From the IMG/VR virus record IMGVR_UViG_3300018424_003600, positions 11,653 through 75,652 of that record: a DNA stretch of 64,000 nt; one strand, written 5' to 3'. The stretch is from a virus. The notes below the pieces were generated by a model. It saw only the letters and a list, made by a program, of their open reading frames with translations, was not told the DNA's origin and made no database searches. This document shows, in pieces, positions 9,460-18,949 of this stretch (position 1 is the first letter of the stretch; every line of letters begins with the position of its first letter). The position numbers and the translations under genes are program-made.

Positions 9460-10456
9460 TTTTTACCTTTGGCAATTTTGAATCTGCACTACTAACACAT
9501 GTTGGAGTAATACATTTACGCGGTTCTTTAAATATTTCAAATCCTTCACTAAGTGTTCCAATTGGCTCATCATGGCAACTATAGCTACGTTTAACTTCAT
9601 TTTCACGTATTACAATACCTTGATAGCCTGCATTACAAGTCCATCCTTGAAACTTATTAAATCCAAACGCATTAAATCTTTCTGCTTGATCTATATAATA
9701 TGTATTTCCTTTACTGTCTAAGAGTTCAACTTGTAACAAAGGAATTAACTTTTTGTATCTATCTGGGATTTGTTGTGGGAATCCTGTTTGCATTCTTCCA
9801 ATTTGTTCAGTTGTGTATCCAGATACAACATAGGATGCAGTAGGATCGGACTGGGGTTTAAGTGTGACATTGATACCTCTATCGGCAAACCGCTCACAGC
9901 GTTCGTATAATTCGTCAAACATTTCTGGAACCATAACTTGATTGATTGTGACAAACGTTTCATCGTTCATTAACTGGAGGCACTTGTCTCCAAACTCCTG
10001 TTCTTTTGCAAACTCTGCGTGGTAACTTGCTGTTATACTCCTACGCTCTAGAGTTTTAGTATTGTCTAACCATTTACTCCACCATTTGCTTCCTGGCGAA
10101 AGATTTGTAGTCATGTGTATACTCTGATACCCGGGTGCTGTATCACTACAGTAATGATCTATGATCTCCCCAAAGTATTTATAGGCTGTTGGTTCACCAC
10201 CGCTAAAACTGAAGTGGAAATCTGTAAAACCATTTGCACGAGCCTGTGCTTTGATGCTGTCAAGGGTGTTTAAGTAAATTTTTAAATCTTGGTGGTCTGG
10301 GGTACTAGATCTAGCGTATGGCCAGCAATATGAGCAGTTATAATTACAAAATCTAGCCAGAATCCACGAAACTGTAAAAAGATGGCTCTTTAGGAGGGTT
10401 TTCTGCCCAAACTCTGTAATATTATCCCACGGTATGTCTTGAAAATTATTGTTCAT
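9449..10456 (-). CDS. Radical SAM enzyme with C-terminal twitch-like domain
   Basis: CNYNCSYC, FSGGEPT, TTNLS; C-terminal WTCNAG...RSYSC...CITPTC. ATG at 10456 (ATGA overlap with the upstream stop) preferred over 10486. Confidence 0.9.
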   Translation of the reverse strand: MNNNFQDIPWDNITEFGQKTLLKSHLFTVSWILARFCNYNCSYCWPYARSSTPDHQDLKIYLNTLDSIKAQARANGFTDFHFSFSGGEPTAYKYFGEIIDHYCSDTAPGYQSIHMTTNLSPGSKWWSKWLDNTKTLERRSITASYHAEFAKEQEFGDKCLQLMNDETFVTINQVMVPEMFDELYERCERFADRGINVTLKPQSDPTASYVVSGYTTEQIGRMQTGFPQQIPDRYKKLIPLLQVELLDSKGNTYYIDQAERFNAFGFNKFQGWTCNAGYQGIVIRENEVKRSYSCHDEPIGTLSEGFEIFKEPRKCITPTCVSSADSKLPKVKNES

Positions 10457-11499
10457 TTTCTTTGATCGTATACACTTTTTGAACACGACTTAACACAAGT
10501 CATGCACTTATTTTTTCCTTGCCAGTACTCTGGTAATAACTTAAATAATATTTTATCAGTATGCAAAACACCGTCTTGACAATTTGGTAAACCAACTCGT
10601 TGTATTATTTCCTTTGTATTGTCTACTGCTAAATTACGCAAAGTATGTATTGGTAATTTTTCTTCAATATGGTTTTCTAGATAATCACTTCCTAACCAAC
10701 AACACGGAAAAATATTTCCGTAAGGATCTATATAAACACTTTGGTCTGTCTGACATAACGGGTTAATTGTTGCATTAGATAAAACGTTTTCTCTAATATT
10801 TTTATCAACTAGTTTATCTAACTCTAAATTAGGAGTTTTTTTAAATTTTGAACGCTGTGCAGGTTCTAAATAATATATTACTTCACCATTATCGTTGTGT
10901 ACTTCAAATTTATCTATATTATAAAATCTCGAAGTACTAATAAAATTAATTTTTTCAACACCTAAATTTAATATATATTTTTCAAGTTCTTCTACGTCAT
11001 GTTCGTTATGTGCAAACACAAGACTATCTACTCTTGCTTTTCCTCCTGCATCAACAAATGCACGTAAATTTTCAATTACTTTATCAAACTTTGTATTTTT
11101 ACGATATAGTTCATGCTTACCCTTAAAGCCGTCTACAGCAAATATAACTTCGACATTTTGTTTTGCAAGTTTGCGCCACCATTCTGTATTACGCATACCT
11201 CCGTTAGTATGTATTGCAAGTCTAGCAGTTGGATTGCACTCTCGAACATAAGAATAAATTTCTAAACAATCTTTTGCAAATGCAGGATCACCGTAGTTGC
11301 CGCAACTGTAAAAATTATCTAGTTGTGCTAAAAAGTGTTTAGGAAACCATTCTTTAAATTGTTCAATACTAATATCGCCATTACGTATAAAAGGACGAGT
11401 TTTGCCACCATTAAAATTTCTAGCACACATTGGACATTGTGCTTGACACTTATCTGTTAGTTCAATGTGAACTTGTTTTATCTTATATACTGGCTGCAT
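10453..11499 (-). CDS. Radical SAM/SPASM(twitch) enzyme
   Basis: CQAQCPMC, CGNYGDP (GGE-motif variant), HTNGG, FAVDG; C-terminal CQTDQSVYIDPYGNIFPCC...CMTCVKSC. Confidence 0.9.
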   Translation of the reverse strand: MQPVYKIKQVHIELTDKCQAQCPMCARNFNGGKTRPFIRNGDISIEQFKEWFPKHFLAQLDNFYSCGNYGDPAFAKDCLEIYSYVRECNPTARLAIHTNGGMRNTEWWRKLAKQNVEVIFAVDGFKGKHELYRKNTKFDKVIENLRAFVDAGGKARVDSLVFAHNEHDVEELEKYILNLGVEKINFISTSRFYNIDKFEVHNDNGEVIYYLEPAQRSKFKKTPNLELDKLVDKNIRENVLSNATINPLCQTDQSVYIDPYGNIFPCCWLGSDYLENHIEEKLPIHTLRNLAVDNTKEIIQRVGLPNCQDGVLHTDKILFKLLPEYWQGKNKCMTCVKSCSKSVYDQRK

Positions 11500-12166
11500 T
11501 AAATTGTTCCTCTAGCCAGTCAAAGTCATTTATAAGTTTTAACGCAGCATCATTATTAGAATTTACTGTACCGTATTCTTTTCCAGCTAGTGCTCCGCTA
11601 ATTGCCCATTTACCATTTTTACGTTCTTCGCCTACACTACACCAAATTTTTAATCTAGATTCTGTTTCTTCGCTTACTTGTCCTTCAATTACTTTTGACG
11701 ACAATTTAACACATTCTCTAAATGCACTACGCCAAGAACTATAAGGGTCTGTATTAAAGGAGGTATAATTTGATATTTGTTCAACTACTTTAAACTTATC
11801 GCTTATACTAGTTGTCATATCAGTTTTACTAGTATCCATATTAATTGTTAATTTACGAGGTAATAACTTTACTCCGCCATAGCCGTAAATTAAATCGTTA
11901 ACAGGATTTTGACTGCGCCATACGTGTACAGTATCTAAATCCCAGTCTGGAACTACATAATCAAAATTAAAGTTGTCTACAATGAGAGCATCAGCGTCTA
12001 CTATCCAAACCATTTTTGTTAGGCATTTTTTAGCAGCAGCAATATGGGCTTGGTGTATTCCTTTTACTCCGTTAATACGTTTAGCAACAGGAAACCGTTT
12101 TTTTAGTTTTTCGTAATTTGTGTCTGCATAACGTTCATTATAACTTATAAAGACTATATCGTACAT
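11483..12166 (-). CDS. Putative glycosyltransferase (GT-A fold)
   Basis: YDIVFISYNE first strand; hydrophobic strand plus DxD (WIVDAD); YGYGGVKL. Paralogue of 16716..17645. Confidence 0.7.
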   Translation of the reverse strand: MYDIVFISYNERYADTNYEKLKKRFPVAKRINGVKGIHQAHIAAAKKCLTKMVWIVDADALIVDNFNFDYVVPDWDLDTVHVWRSQNPVNDLIYGYGGVKLLPRKLTINMDTSKTDMTTSISDKFKVVEQISNYTSFNTDPYSSWRSAFRECVKLSSKVIEGQVSEETESRLKIWCSVGEERKNGKWAISGALAGKEYGTVNSNNDAALKLINDFDWLEEQFNAASI

Positions 12167-12168
12167 GT

Positions 12169-13395
12169 TTATGTTTTTCTAGTGTTGCCATAATGAACAA
12201 CTTCTATACCTTCTAGTTTTGGCATAGTCCTCCAAGGATCAACAATTACACTACCTGTTGTAGGAGTGAAGTACATTTCATCATCAGTAACACTAACTCC
12301 TGTGCCTGAATAAGTTACTTTAGCATTATGTGCCATTAATACTACAGCAGGTTCATCATCAACAGTTGTATCTCCTGTAAGAGGATCTGCATATGTTAAT
12401 TTTACGCCTGCGGCTTCTACAAAGTGTCCGACTAATTCACTATAACTTCCTATAGTGTACGGTACGTAAGGCTTATATGCTCTGCCATGAATTACTACAG
12501 GCAGATTCTTTTCTTGTGCGATAGATATTAATTTTTCAGCCATGTTTTTTGCTTGCATATCTCTACTATGCATAATAGCATGGAATAAATCATAACCTAA
12601 ATCTAGTTTTTCTGCTAGATATCTTAGTGCAATGTTGTCTCTAGGATGACATGCACCTGCATCACCTAAACCAGCAGTTAAATAACGAGGACCTGTAATA
12701 CGTTGTGTTGCTTTTTTAAGTGCATCTGTAACTACATCAACGTTTATATTACCATTACGTTCAGCAACGTCTTGAATCATATTAACTAAACCAATTTTAG
12801 CACTAATAAATGTATTATAAAAAACTTTAATTGCTTCTGCTTCGTCCCATGTTCCAATATTTACAATTGGATTGTTTTCCATTAGCGGCTGATAAAAATC
12901 TGTAAGTATTTTTGCATCGCCTGTTTCTGAACCATCATCCGTTCCAATAATTAAACATTCAGGATTTACCATATCCCATTTGACTGATCCCATAGCAATT
13001 AAATAAGGATTATAGATAAATCTTGCATTTGTAATACAAGGACGTAAATGTTCTCTAACTGTGCCTGGTAAAACTGTACTAATAAGAACAACCAATTGCT
13101 GTTGTGTTACATATTTGTTAATTTCAGTTAGAACATCTTGGACAATACTGTAATCAAAATCTTTTGTAGGTAAGTTAGCAATAGGTTTACTTCCACCGTA
13201 TTCTTCACTGTGCGGAGTTGGCACAGCTACAAAAATTAAATCTGCATTTTGAACTGCTTCTTCAACGGTATTTAATAACGGAATTTTTGCACTAGGATCC
13301 TTTACAACATCATATCCAACAACATTGTAATGATGACTCATAACCTCTGCACAAGGTAATCCTAATTTTCCGCATCCTATCATTGCTACGTTCAT
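12169..13395 (-). CDS. ugd: UDP-glucose/GDP-mannose dehydrogenase family
   Basis: Rossmann IGCGKLG, FVAVPTP, STVLPGT, EAEAIKVFYN, catalytic GDAGACHPRD, GRAYKP, VDPW; GAGG RBS upstream. Confidence 0.9.
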   Translation of the reverse strand: MNVAMIGCGKLGLPCAEVMSHHYNVVGYDVVKDPSAKIPLLNTVEEAVQNADLIFVAVPTPHSEEYGGSKPIANLPTKDFDYSIVQDVLTEINKYVTQQQLVVLISTVLPGTVREHLRPCITNARFIYNPYLIAMGSVKWDMVNPECLIIGTDDGSETGDAKILTDFYQPLMENNPIVNIGTWDEAEAIKVFYNTFISAKIGLVNMIQDVAERNGNINVDVVTDALKKATQRITGPRYLTAGLGDAGACHPRDNIALRYLAEKLDLGYDLFHAIMHSRDMQAKNMAEKLISIAQEKNLPVVIHGRAYKPYVPYTIGSYSELVGHFVEAAGVKLTYADPLTGDTTVDDEPAVVLMAHNAKVTYSGTGVSVTDDEMYFTPTTGSVIVDPWRTMPKLEGIEVVHYGNTRKT

Positions 13396-13439
13396 ATTTT
13401 TTCCTCTTATATTTTTATAGTTATCTAAGTATTTTTAAT

Positions 13440-14180
13440 TTATTTTAGATTGTGAAGAATTTGTTGTGTCCAAAGATCAATACCTTTCCTAGAAGGATGG
13501 TTATCTGTATCATATCCAAATACATCTCCTTGAAATTTGCGTTGTAATCTTAGTTTTTGTCCAGAACCTGTGATTACTACACTATTATCTTGGCTGTACG
13601 TTGGTATTGATTTTTCGTAATCATAAGTTGCTGAAAAAATACTGCTCTTATAACTAGGATCTCTTAGTAGGTTATAAAACGACTCACACAAAACATTCAA
13701 ATAAGGATATTGTTTTGTTAAACTTAAATCAATGTCGCTACATCCGCCAATTAAATTTATTTTAGTTTTATATGTTTTTCCGATTTCGTTTAAGTTATAG
13801 TAAAAAAGATCTATTAAAGTTTTATTAAATTCTTTATAATTGCCATTTTTAAATATGTGACTAAAATTAGCTGTATTATGATTTATCTTAGATATAACAC
13901 TTCTCATTGGTTCTGTTTGTATTACTAATATACAAGTTTTAGGTTTTCTAAAAGATTTTACAGTGTAAGATTCTAATACACCTCTTAAGGATTCTAATAT
14001 AAATTCATTACTTACGCCGCCTTGAGAAAAATTTTCAATTTCTGAAAAATATTCTAATAGTTTTTCGCTGAAATAATTGTCGCCATTGTCGATAAAAGAT
14101 CCGTCAGGCGTTGTCCAAGCGCCTCTACCCCAGCTGTCTCCAAAAATTAAAGCTCTGTGATACTTTGATGCTTTCCACAT
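13440..14180 (-). CDS. SGNH/GDSL hydrolase-family protein
   Basis: IFGDSWG, NFSQGGVSN, TDNHPS. Confidence 0.7.
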   Translation of the reverse strand: MWKASKYHRALIFGDSWGRGAWTTPDGSFIDNGDNYFSEKLLEYFSEIENFSQGGVSNEFILESLRGVLESYTVKSFRKPKTCILVIQTEPMRSVISKINHNTANFSHIFKNGNYKEFNKTLIDLFYYNLNEIGKTYKTKINLIGGCSDIDLSLTKQYPYLNVLCESFYNLLRDPSYKSSIFSATYDYEKSIPTYSQDNSVVITGSGQKLRLQRKFQGDVFGYDTDNHPSRKGIDLWTQQILHNLK

Positions 14181-15454
14181 TATATTAACTCATAAATTTC
14201 TGGAAATTTAACAGGACGCATATTGTCTAAGGTTTTTAAATAATCAAGTGTTTGGTCTAACTTATCACTCCAGTCTTCACTATTCATAAAATCTATTAAT
14301 CCGCTCCATTGTTGTACTTCGCTGTTGTCTGGATATTTTGCCATAAAGTTTCTTAACTTTTCTTCTACTCGTTTTTTTGATTCAGCAGATAAAACCTTTG
14401 TACAAAGATATTGAGGCCAATGTAGTGTAGCAGCGTGAAATAGTCCGTTACGTCTTGTTCTTTTTCCTATTTTTTTAAAGTTTTGCGACCAAAGCCATTC
14501 AGCAAATTCTGGTAGCCAATAGATGTTAAGTGCCTGAACAGTAGTGTTAATGTCTACAATAATGTCGCCGCCAGTAGTATTATCAAATGTTTTTAAATTC
14601 TTTACTACTTCATCCCACTTTGAAGGATATCTAATATAAGAATTTAAATCTTCGTGCGCATCTAAACTTACCATAATGTGTGTTTTCTTAAAGTGAGTCC
14701 AAAGCTCTAACAATTCTTCGTCTACAACAGTGGCATTTGTATGATAACGTATTTCTACATTTTTAGCATGATCAATTTCTACAAGATATTTTATTAAGTC
14801 TTTGTGTTGTTTAATTAGTAGAGGCTCTCCTCCTGCAAAAATAAGATCTCTAATATTATGTACATCTTTATAAAAGCTATCCCAAAACGCTTGGTTTCTA
14901 TACCATTCGAACTGTTCAACAACAATATTACTTTTATGTTCCCAATCCCACTTAGCTTCACTAGTTAAATTTTTTGCAAGTATTTTAGAATGATTAAGCC
15001 ATTTACTGCTATCATGTGGTCTACACATTATACACTGTAAATTACAAGTATTGCCTAATCTAAAATCAACACTAACAATGCCGCTATCTATAGAACCGTC
15101 TTCATTTGTTTCTGCAACAATTTGTCTTAGTTCATTTATTTTTATAGGGCTCCATTGATTTGCCCAAACATCGTTTTCGTTCTGTCTATGACTTCTGACT
15201 CCAGCAGCTTCTTCTTTATAACAACTATTACAGTACTTGACAGGTTCATTGTTGAGCATCTTTTTGCGAACTTCTTTGTATTGCGGACTATTCCAAATTT
15301 CTTCCCAAGTCATATTATTAAGATTTAATTCGTGTATAGGAGAAGCAACACAACATAGTTGCACTGCGCCGTTTGTTTGTGTTGCACAATGTATCCACGG
15401 CATTATACAAAATTTTTCTGTGGATTTTAATCTATCAAAAAGTGGTTTTGTCAT
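14180..15454 (-). CDS. Radical SAM enzyme with N-terminal twitch/SPASM-like domain
   Basis: FCIMPWIH...NGAVQLCC...CNSC; CNLQCIMC; FAGGEPL; HTNAT; VSLDA; YIRYP. Confidence 0.9.
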   Translation of the reverse strand: MTKPLFDRLKSTEKFCIMPWIHCATQTNGAVQLCCVASPIHELNLNNMTWEEIWNSPQYKEVRKKMLNNEPVKYCNSCYKEEAAGVRSHRQNENDVWANQWSPIKINELRQIVAETNEDGSIDSGIVSVDFRLGNTCNLQCIMCRPHDSSKWLNHSKILAKNLTSEAKWDWEHKSNIVVEQFEWYRNQAFWDSFYKDVHNIRDLIFAGGEPLLIKQHKDLIKYLVEIDHAKNVEIRYHTNATVVDEELLELWTHFKKTHIMVSLDAHEDLNSYIRYPSKWDEVVKNLKTFDNTTGGDIIVDINTTVQALNIYWLPEFAEWLWSQNFKKIGKRTRRNGLFHAATLHWPQYLCTKVLSAESKKRVEEKLRNFMAKYPDNSEVQQWSGLIDFMNSEDWSDKLDQTLDYLKTLDNMRPVKFPEIYELI

Positions 15455-15457
15455 TAT

Positions 15458-16714
15458 CTATTCCATAAGTGCATTCATTAAATCTTCTTTGAGATTTTTA
15501 TATATTGTAACATCGTGTCTTTCTTTTAGCAATCTATAATTATGTTCAAATATAGGTTTCATTTCTATCATAAGTTTGTTTAATTCTTCATGAGTCCTGC
15601 TTATAAAAGTGTTTATACTAGTAATAGCCATTTTTAGTCTTGTTTTATCGTCTAGTACATCGTCGTAGGATTCGTCTATATAGTCTCCAAATGTTTTATA
15701 GCCTAACTCTTTAAGTAATTTTACTGTTCCAGGGCGAGCAATTGCAACAAAAGGTTGCATAAAAACAATAGGCTTAAACATTTTTTCACTTAAAAATAAA
15801 GTATCTTGTCCTTGAGCTTTGTTTTCAAAAAATGTTTCTGTTACAATATACAAATAACTATCATAATATTTTCTTATTTTTCCCCATTCGTTTGATGCAG
15901 GATTTTGAACTTCAGGATTTATTCCATCATTGTATGTTAACGGAATTAACGGCTTTACTTCGTTGATATATTTTTCTTTTAGATCTGGATAGTCTTGGTA
16001 AAAACAATCTTCAACCCAATCAGTATAATCTTTGCCGTATCCTGCAGACTTAGCACAGGTTAAAATTCCTTGTTTTTTTACATCAAATAAACTCGTTACT
16101 GTTGCATATCTATGTATCGAAGGTCTTCTATTTAAACATATAAATTTATGTGTTCGAGGACGCTCTACAGCATTCATAAATGTGTTATAGTGTGTATCTC
16201 CGTTATAGTTTCCGTATATTTGCCGTTCCCAAGTATTAAAAGTTACTGTTTTTACAGTAGGATGAGGATTATAATTTCCTGATAAAAAAACAACATGTTT
16301 TTCTTTTAGGTCATATTTAGATTTTAATATGTCTAAAAGACTATCCCACCAAGTCCATGTCCATCCTTCAAATGGACAAAGAAGCAATATTTTACAATTA
16401 CCTTTTTTAATTTGTTCAATAATTTCAGGTTCTATCTCAACTTGATCAAATACAGTTTCTATTGACCAAAGACTAAGTGGTATTGGATAATAAAATTTTG
16501 GTGCTTTTTTTGTAAACTTATTACGCTTGGGTATTTTAGAAATAGGTTTATAAACAAGTTCAAAATCATTACCAAACACTGCATAAAGATGTGTTGTGTC
16601 TACTAAATCCACTTGAGGATTAGCTGTATGCTTCCGGTATAACTTTTTAGTAAATCCGTTAACATAAGGAAGTTTATTTTTTCGAGGTTTTATGTCTACA
16701 TAAATTGGAATCAT
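15458..16714 (-). CDS. Putative GT-B glycosyltransferase (GT10/fucosyltransferase-motif-like)
   Basis: FICLNRR...HR and YIVTET...FLSEKMFKPI...PF resemble the E-N...Y-x-(T/S)EK nucleotide-sugar-binding motif of GT10; followed by LGYKTF...IDESYD. Confidence 0.5.
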   Translation of the reverse strand: MIPIYVDIKPRKNKLPYVNGFTKKLYRKHTANPQVDLVDTTHLYAVFGNDFELVYKPISKIPKRNKFTKKAPKFYYPIPLSLWSIETVFDQVEIEPEIIEQIKKGNCKILLLCPFEGWTWTWWDSLLDILKSKYDLKEKHVVFLSGNYNPHPTVKTVTFNTWERQIYGNYNGDTHYNTFMNAVERPRTHKFICLNRRPSIHRYATVTSLFDVKKQGILTCAKSAGYGKDYTDWVEDCFYQDYPDLKEKYINEVKPLIPLTYNDGINPEVQNPASNEWGKIRKYYDSYLYIVTETFFENKAQGQDTLFLSEKMFKPIVFMQPFVAIARPGTVKLLKELGYKTFGDYIDESYDDVLDDKTRLKMAITSINTFISRTHEELNKLMIEMKPIFEHNYRLLKERHDVTIYKNLKEDLMNALME

Positions 16715-16715
16715 A

Positions 16716-17645
16716 TTACAACTTTTCTATAAATCTTTGATGGTCTGTTCTAGCAGGATGTTCATATACTTCTTTAAAAAATTTACTTTGATCTTTATCA
16801 AGTGGTGCTGCTGCTATAGGTAATTTGAGCTCACTTACTAGTTGCTGTCCTAATACTACAGTTTCTTCTAATAATGTATCATTGGTGATTTTCTTTGAAA
16901 CAGTATTATCCCAATAATTATTAAGATATTCAAAGTCACGAACATTAACATAATCCCAGTCTGTACACATAGTTTTATATAACCCTTCTCTAGCACCATA
17001 TATAGCCCAAAGCCCGTTAGTAACATCAGAACCTACCATACTCCAAATGTACAGCCAATGTAGGCAACGCCAATGATTATTTTTAAATTCTTCTTTAGCA
17101 ATTCTTACACCACGATCAGTGGCAAGTTTTACTCCTTCTCTAAATCCTGCTCTCCAAGCCTGTGCAGGTGTTTCATTATTATATACATCAGAATATGTAC
17201 TGTTCATTTGTATGTAATGAGCGTCCCAACAAAAGTCTACTTGGGCATGAGCATTATTTGGATCTGCATTTTCATGAGTACGCATACGTAAAACATATTG
17301 TTTAGGCCAACATTTAAGTCCACCATTGCCATAACGCAACCCGTTGATTTCGTTTCTGCCGCACCAACTTATTACAGCATTTTCTAAATCCATGTGTTCG
17401 TTAAAATCAATTTCTTGGTTTAAAAAATCTTCCCTAATCCTATTGTCGCCGTCAACAGTAATAAACCGCTCAGTTTCTGATAATTCAGCACAAGCCTTGT
17501 GTGCAGCATCTGAACCTTTTACTCCGTGTACACGCTTTGCCCAGGGCACTTTTGAACACAAGTCTGCGTAATTTTTTTCTGCATTTGGTTCATCATAACT
17601 TAGATAAATTATGTCGTAGTCAATAGGTTTAAAAATTTTTGACAT
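16716..17645 (-). CDS. Putative glycosyltransferase (GT-A fold)
   Basis: YDIIYLSYDE, KRVHGVKG, ITVDGD (DxD), YGNGGLK, AWRAGFREGVKL; colinear with 11483..12166. Confidence 0.7.
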   Translation of the reverse strand: MSKIFKPIDYDIIYLSYDEPNAEKNYADLCSKVPWAKRVHGVKGSDAAHKACAELSETERFITVDGDNRIREDFLNQEIDFNEHMDLENAVISWCGRNEINGLRYGNGGLKCWPKQYVLRMRTHENADPNNAHAQVDFCWDAHYIQMNSTYSDVYNNETPAQAWRAGFREGVKLATDRGVRIAKEEFKNNHWRCLHWLYIWSMVGSDVTNGLWAIYGAREGLYKTMCTDWDYVNVRDFEYLNNYWDNTVSKKITNDTLLEETVVLGQQLVSELKLPIAAAPLDKDQSKFFKEVYEHPARTDHQRFIEKL

Positions 17646-18949
17646 TACTCAAGTACCTCATGTGTATAATGATTAAAATACTTTGATGTATATACGCTTA
17701 CTTCATCAGTTTCATAGTCTGATTCAAAATCAAAAGAAACTGTAGATTCCAATATTTCTTTTAGTTTAAAAGACAAACTTCTATACAAAACATTAGGATT
17801 GCTAGGAGAAGTTACACTAAAATAAAGCATAGAATTAGAATTAGCAAATGAAGTTTTTAAAAACTTTTTAGTTAATGGATGAAGTGCAATGTTCCACTTT
17901 TTGTTTATTTTATTTTGTGTTAGTACAATATCTACATCTATAGCCGACTGTATTCTATATAATTGTCTTTCTAATAAAACTAAACTTCCGTTTTTAAGTT
18001 CTTCAATGTTTGTAAATTTAACATTATCTTTTAAATTTTCCCCGTGTACAATATTGTTGTTAGAGGTATAATAAAATTGTGTTATTCTATCAGTTGAGTA
18101 ATTTTCAAATTCAGTAGTGCTATCTTTTTCGACAAACATATAAAGACTATTATTATCTAAAAATAGTTCATAATTATCAACATTTTCAAATTCTAAGTCT
18201 TTGTTTTCGTCATCATATAACTTTACATTTTTTTCGACTAAAGTAGCATTGTTTGTTCTAAACTTACTACCTTTGCGTTGATTCTTTTTAATTTTATAAA
18301 CTTTGTTGTTTATAAAAATATGCTGACCTTCGTAGTGTTCAACATCGTCGTACCAAACATCAACATTTACTCCTACATACTGCTGTTCTTTAACAATCAT
18401 TTTACCAGTATTAATTTCGTGCGTAGGTGTAGGTACGTCTGGAATATATACATCTTTAATATATATTCTACTGATATTTTCTAAACTAGAAGCAGCCTTT
18501 ACATCTACATTTAAAATGTAAACATTATTGTCAAACCATACAAAATTACCTTTGTTATATTTTTCTCCTTGTTTCCAAATAAAAACATCAATACCTTTAT
18601 ACTCTTTTATAAACTTGTATAACGGATTTATATTTGAAAACTCAATCTTAGGAAGTTCGTAACAAAAATTACCAAGAGAATTTGCTGCTAGTTCAGCATT
18701 TATTTTTTTCAAACGAGTTTGCTTTTCGACTATGTCGTAAATTACTGTATATTCGTCAATATTTGACTCACCATTTAAAATAGGTTTAGCATCATATATA
18801 GGAACAGCTAGTACATCATATTCGCTATCTTCTTTTGTGCCACTAACTTTGTGTATTTTTCCAGTTGCTTGGTCATAATACACATATGCATCATTTGATG
18901 CTGCTTTTACTTTTAAATTAGTTATTAGTTCAGCTAGATTAGACGCCAT
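17645..18949 (-). CDS. Hypothetical protein with two CBM5/12-like aromatic repeats
   Basis: WKQGEKYNKGNFVWFDNNVY and WYDDVEHYEGQHIFINNKVY; no catalytic motif recognised. Confidence 0.45.
   Translation of the reverse strand: MASNLAELITNLKVKAASNDAYVYYDQATGKIHKVSGTKEDSEYDVLAVPIYDAKPILNGESNIDEYTVIYDIVEKQTRLKKINAELAANSLGNFCYELPKIEFSNINPLYKFIKEYKGIDVFIWKQGEKYNKGNFVWFDNNVYILNVDVKAASSLENISRIYIKDVYIPDVPTPTHEINTGKMIVKEQQYVGVNVDVWYDDVEHYEGQHIFINNKVYKIKKNQRKGSKFRTNNATLVEKNVKLYDDENKDLEFENVDNYELFLDNNSLYMFVEKDSTTEFENYSTDRITQFYYTSNNNIVHGENLKDNVKFTNIEELKNGSLVLLERQLYRIQSAIDVDIVLTQNKINKKWNIALHPLTKKFLKTSFANSNSMLYFSVTSPSNPNVLYRSLSFKLKEILESTVSFDFESDYETDEVSVYTSKYFNHYTHEVLE

Noticed and set aside
4354-15454. Radical SAMs as QueE, MoaA, NrdG or RiPP maturases
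   Set aside because: They lack the QueE CxxxCxxCD(T/S) context and the MoaA C-terminal GG. No short precursor peptide, PqqD/RRE domain, protease or exporter is visible. A RiPP role is not excluded outside the window.
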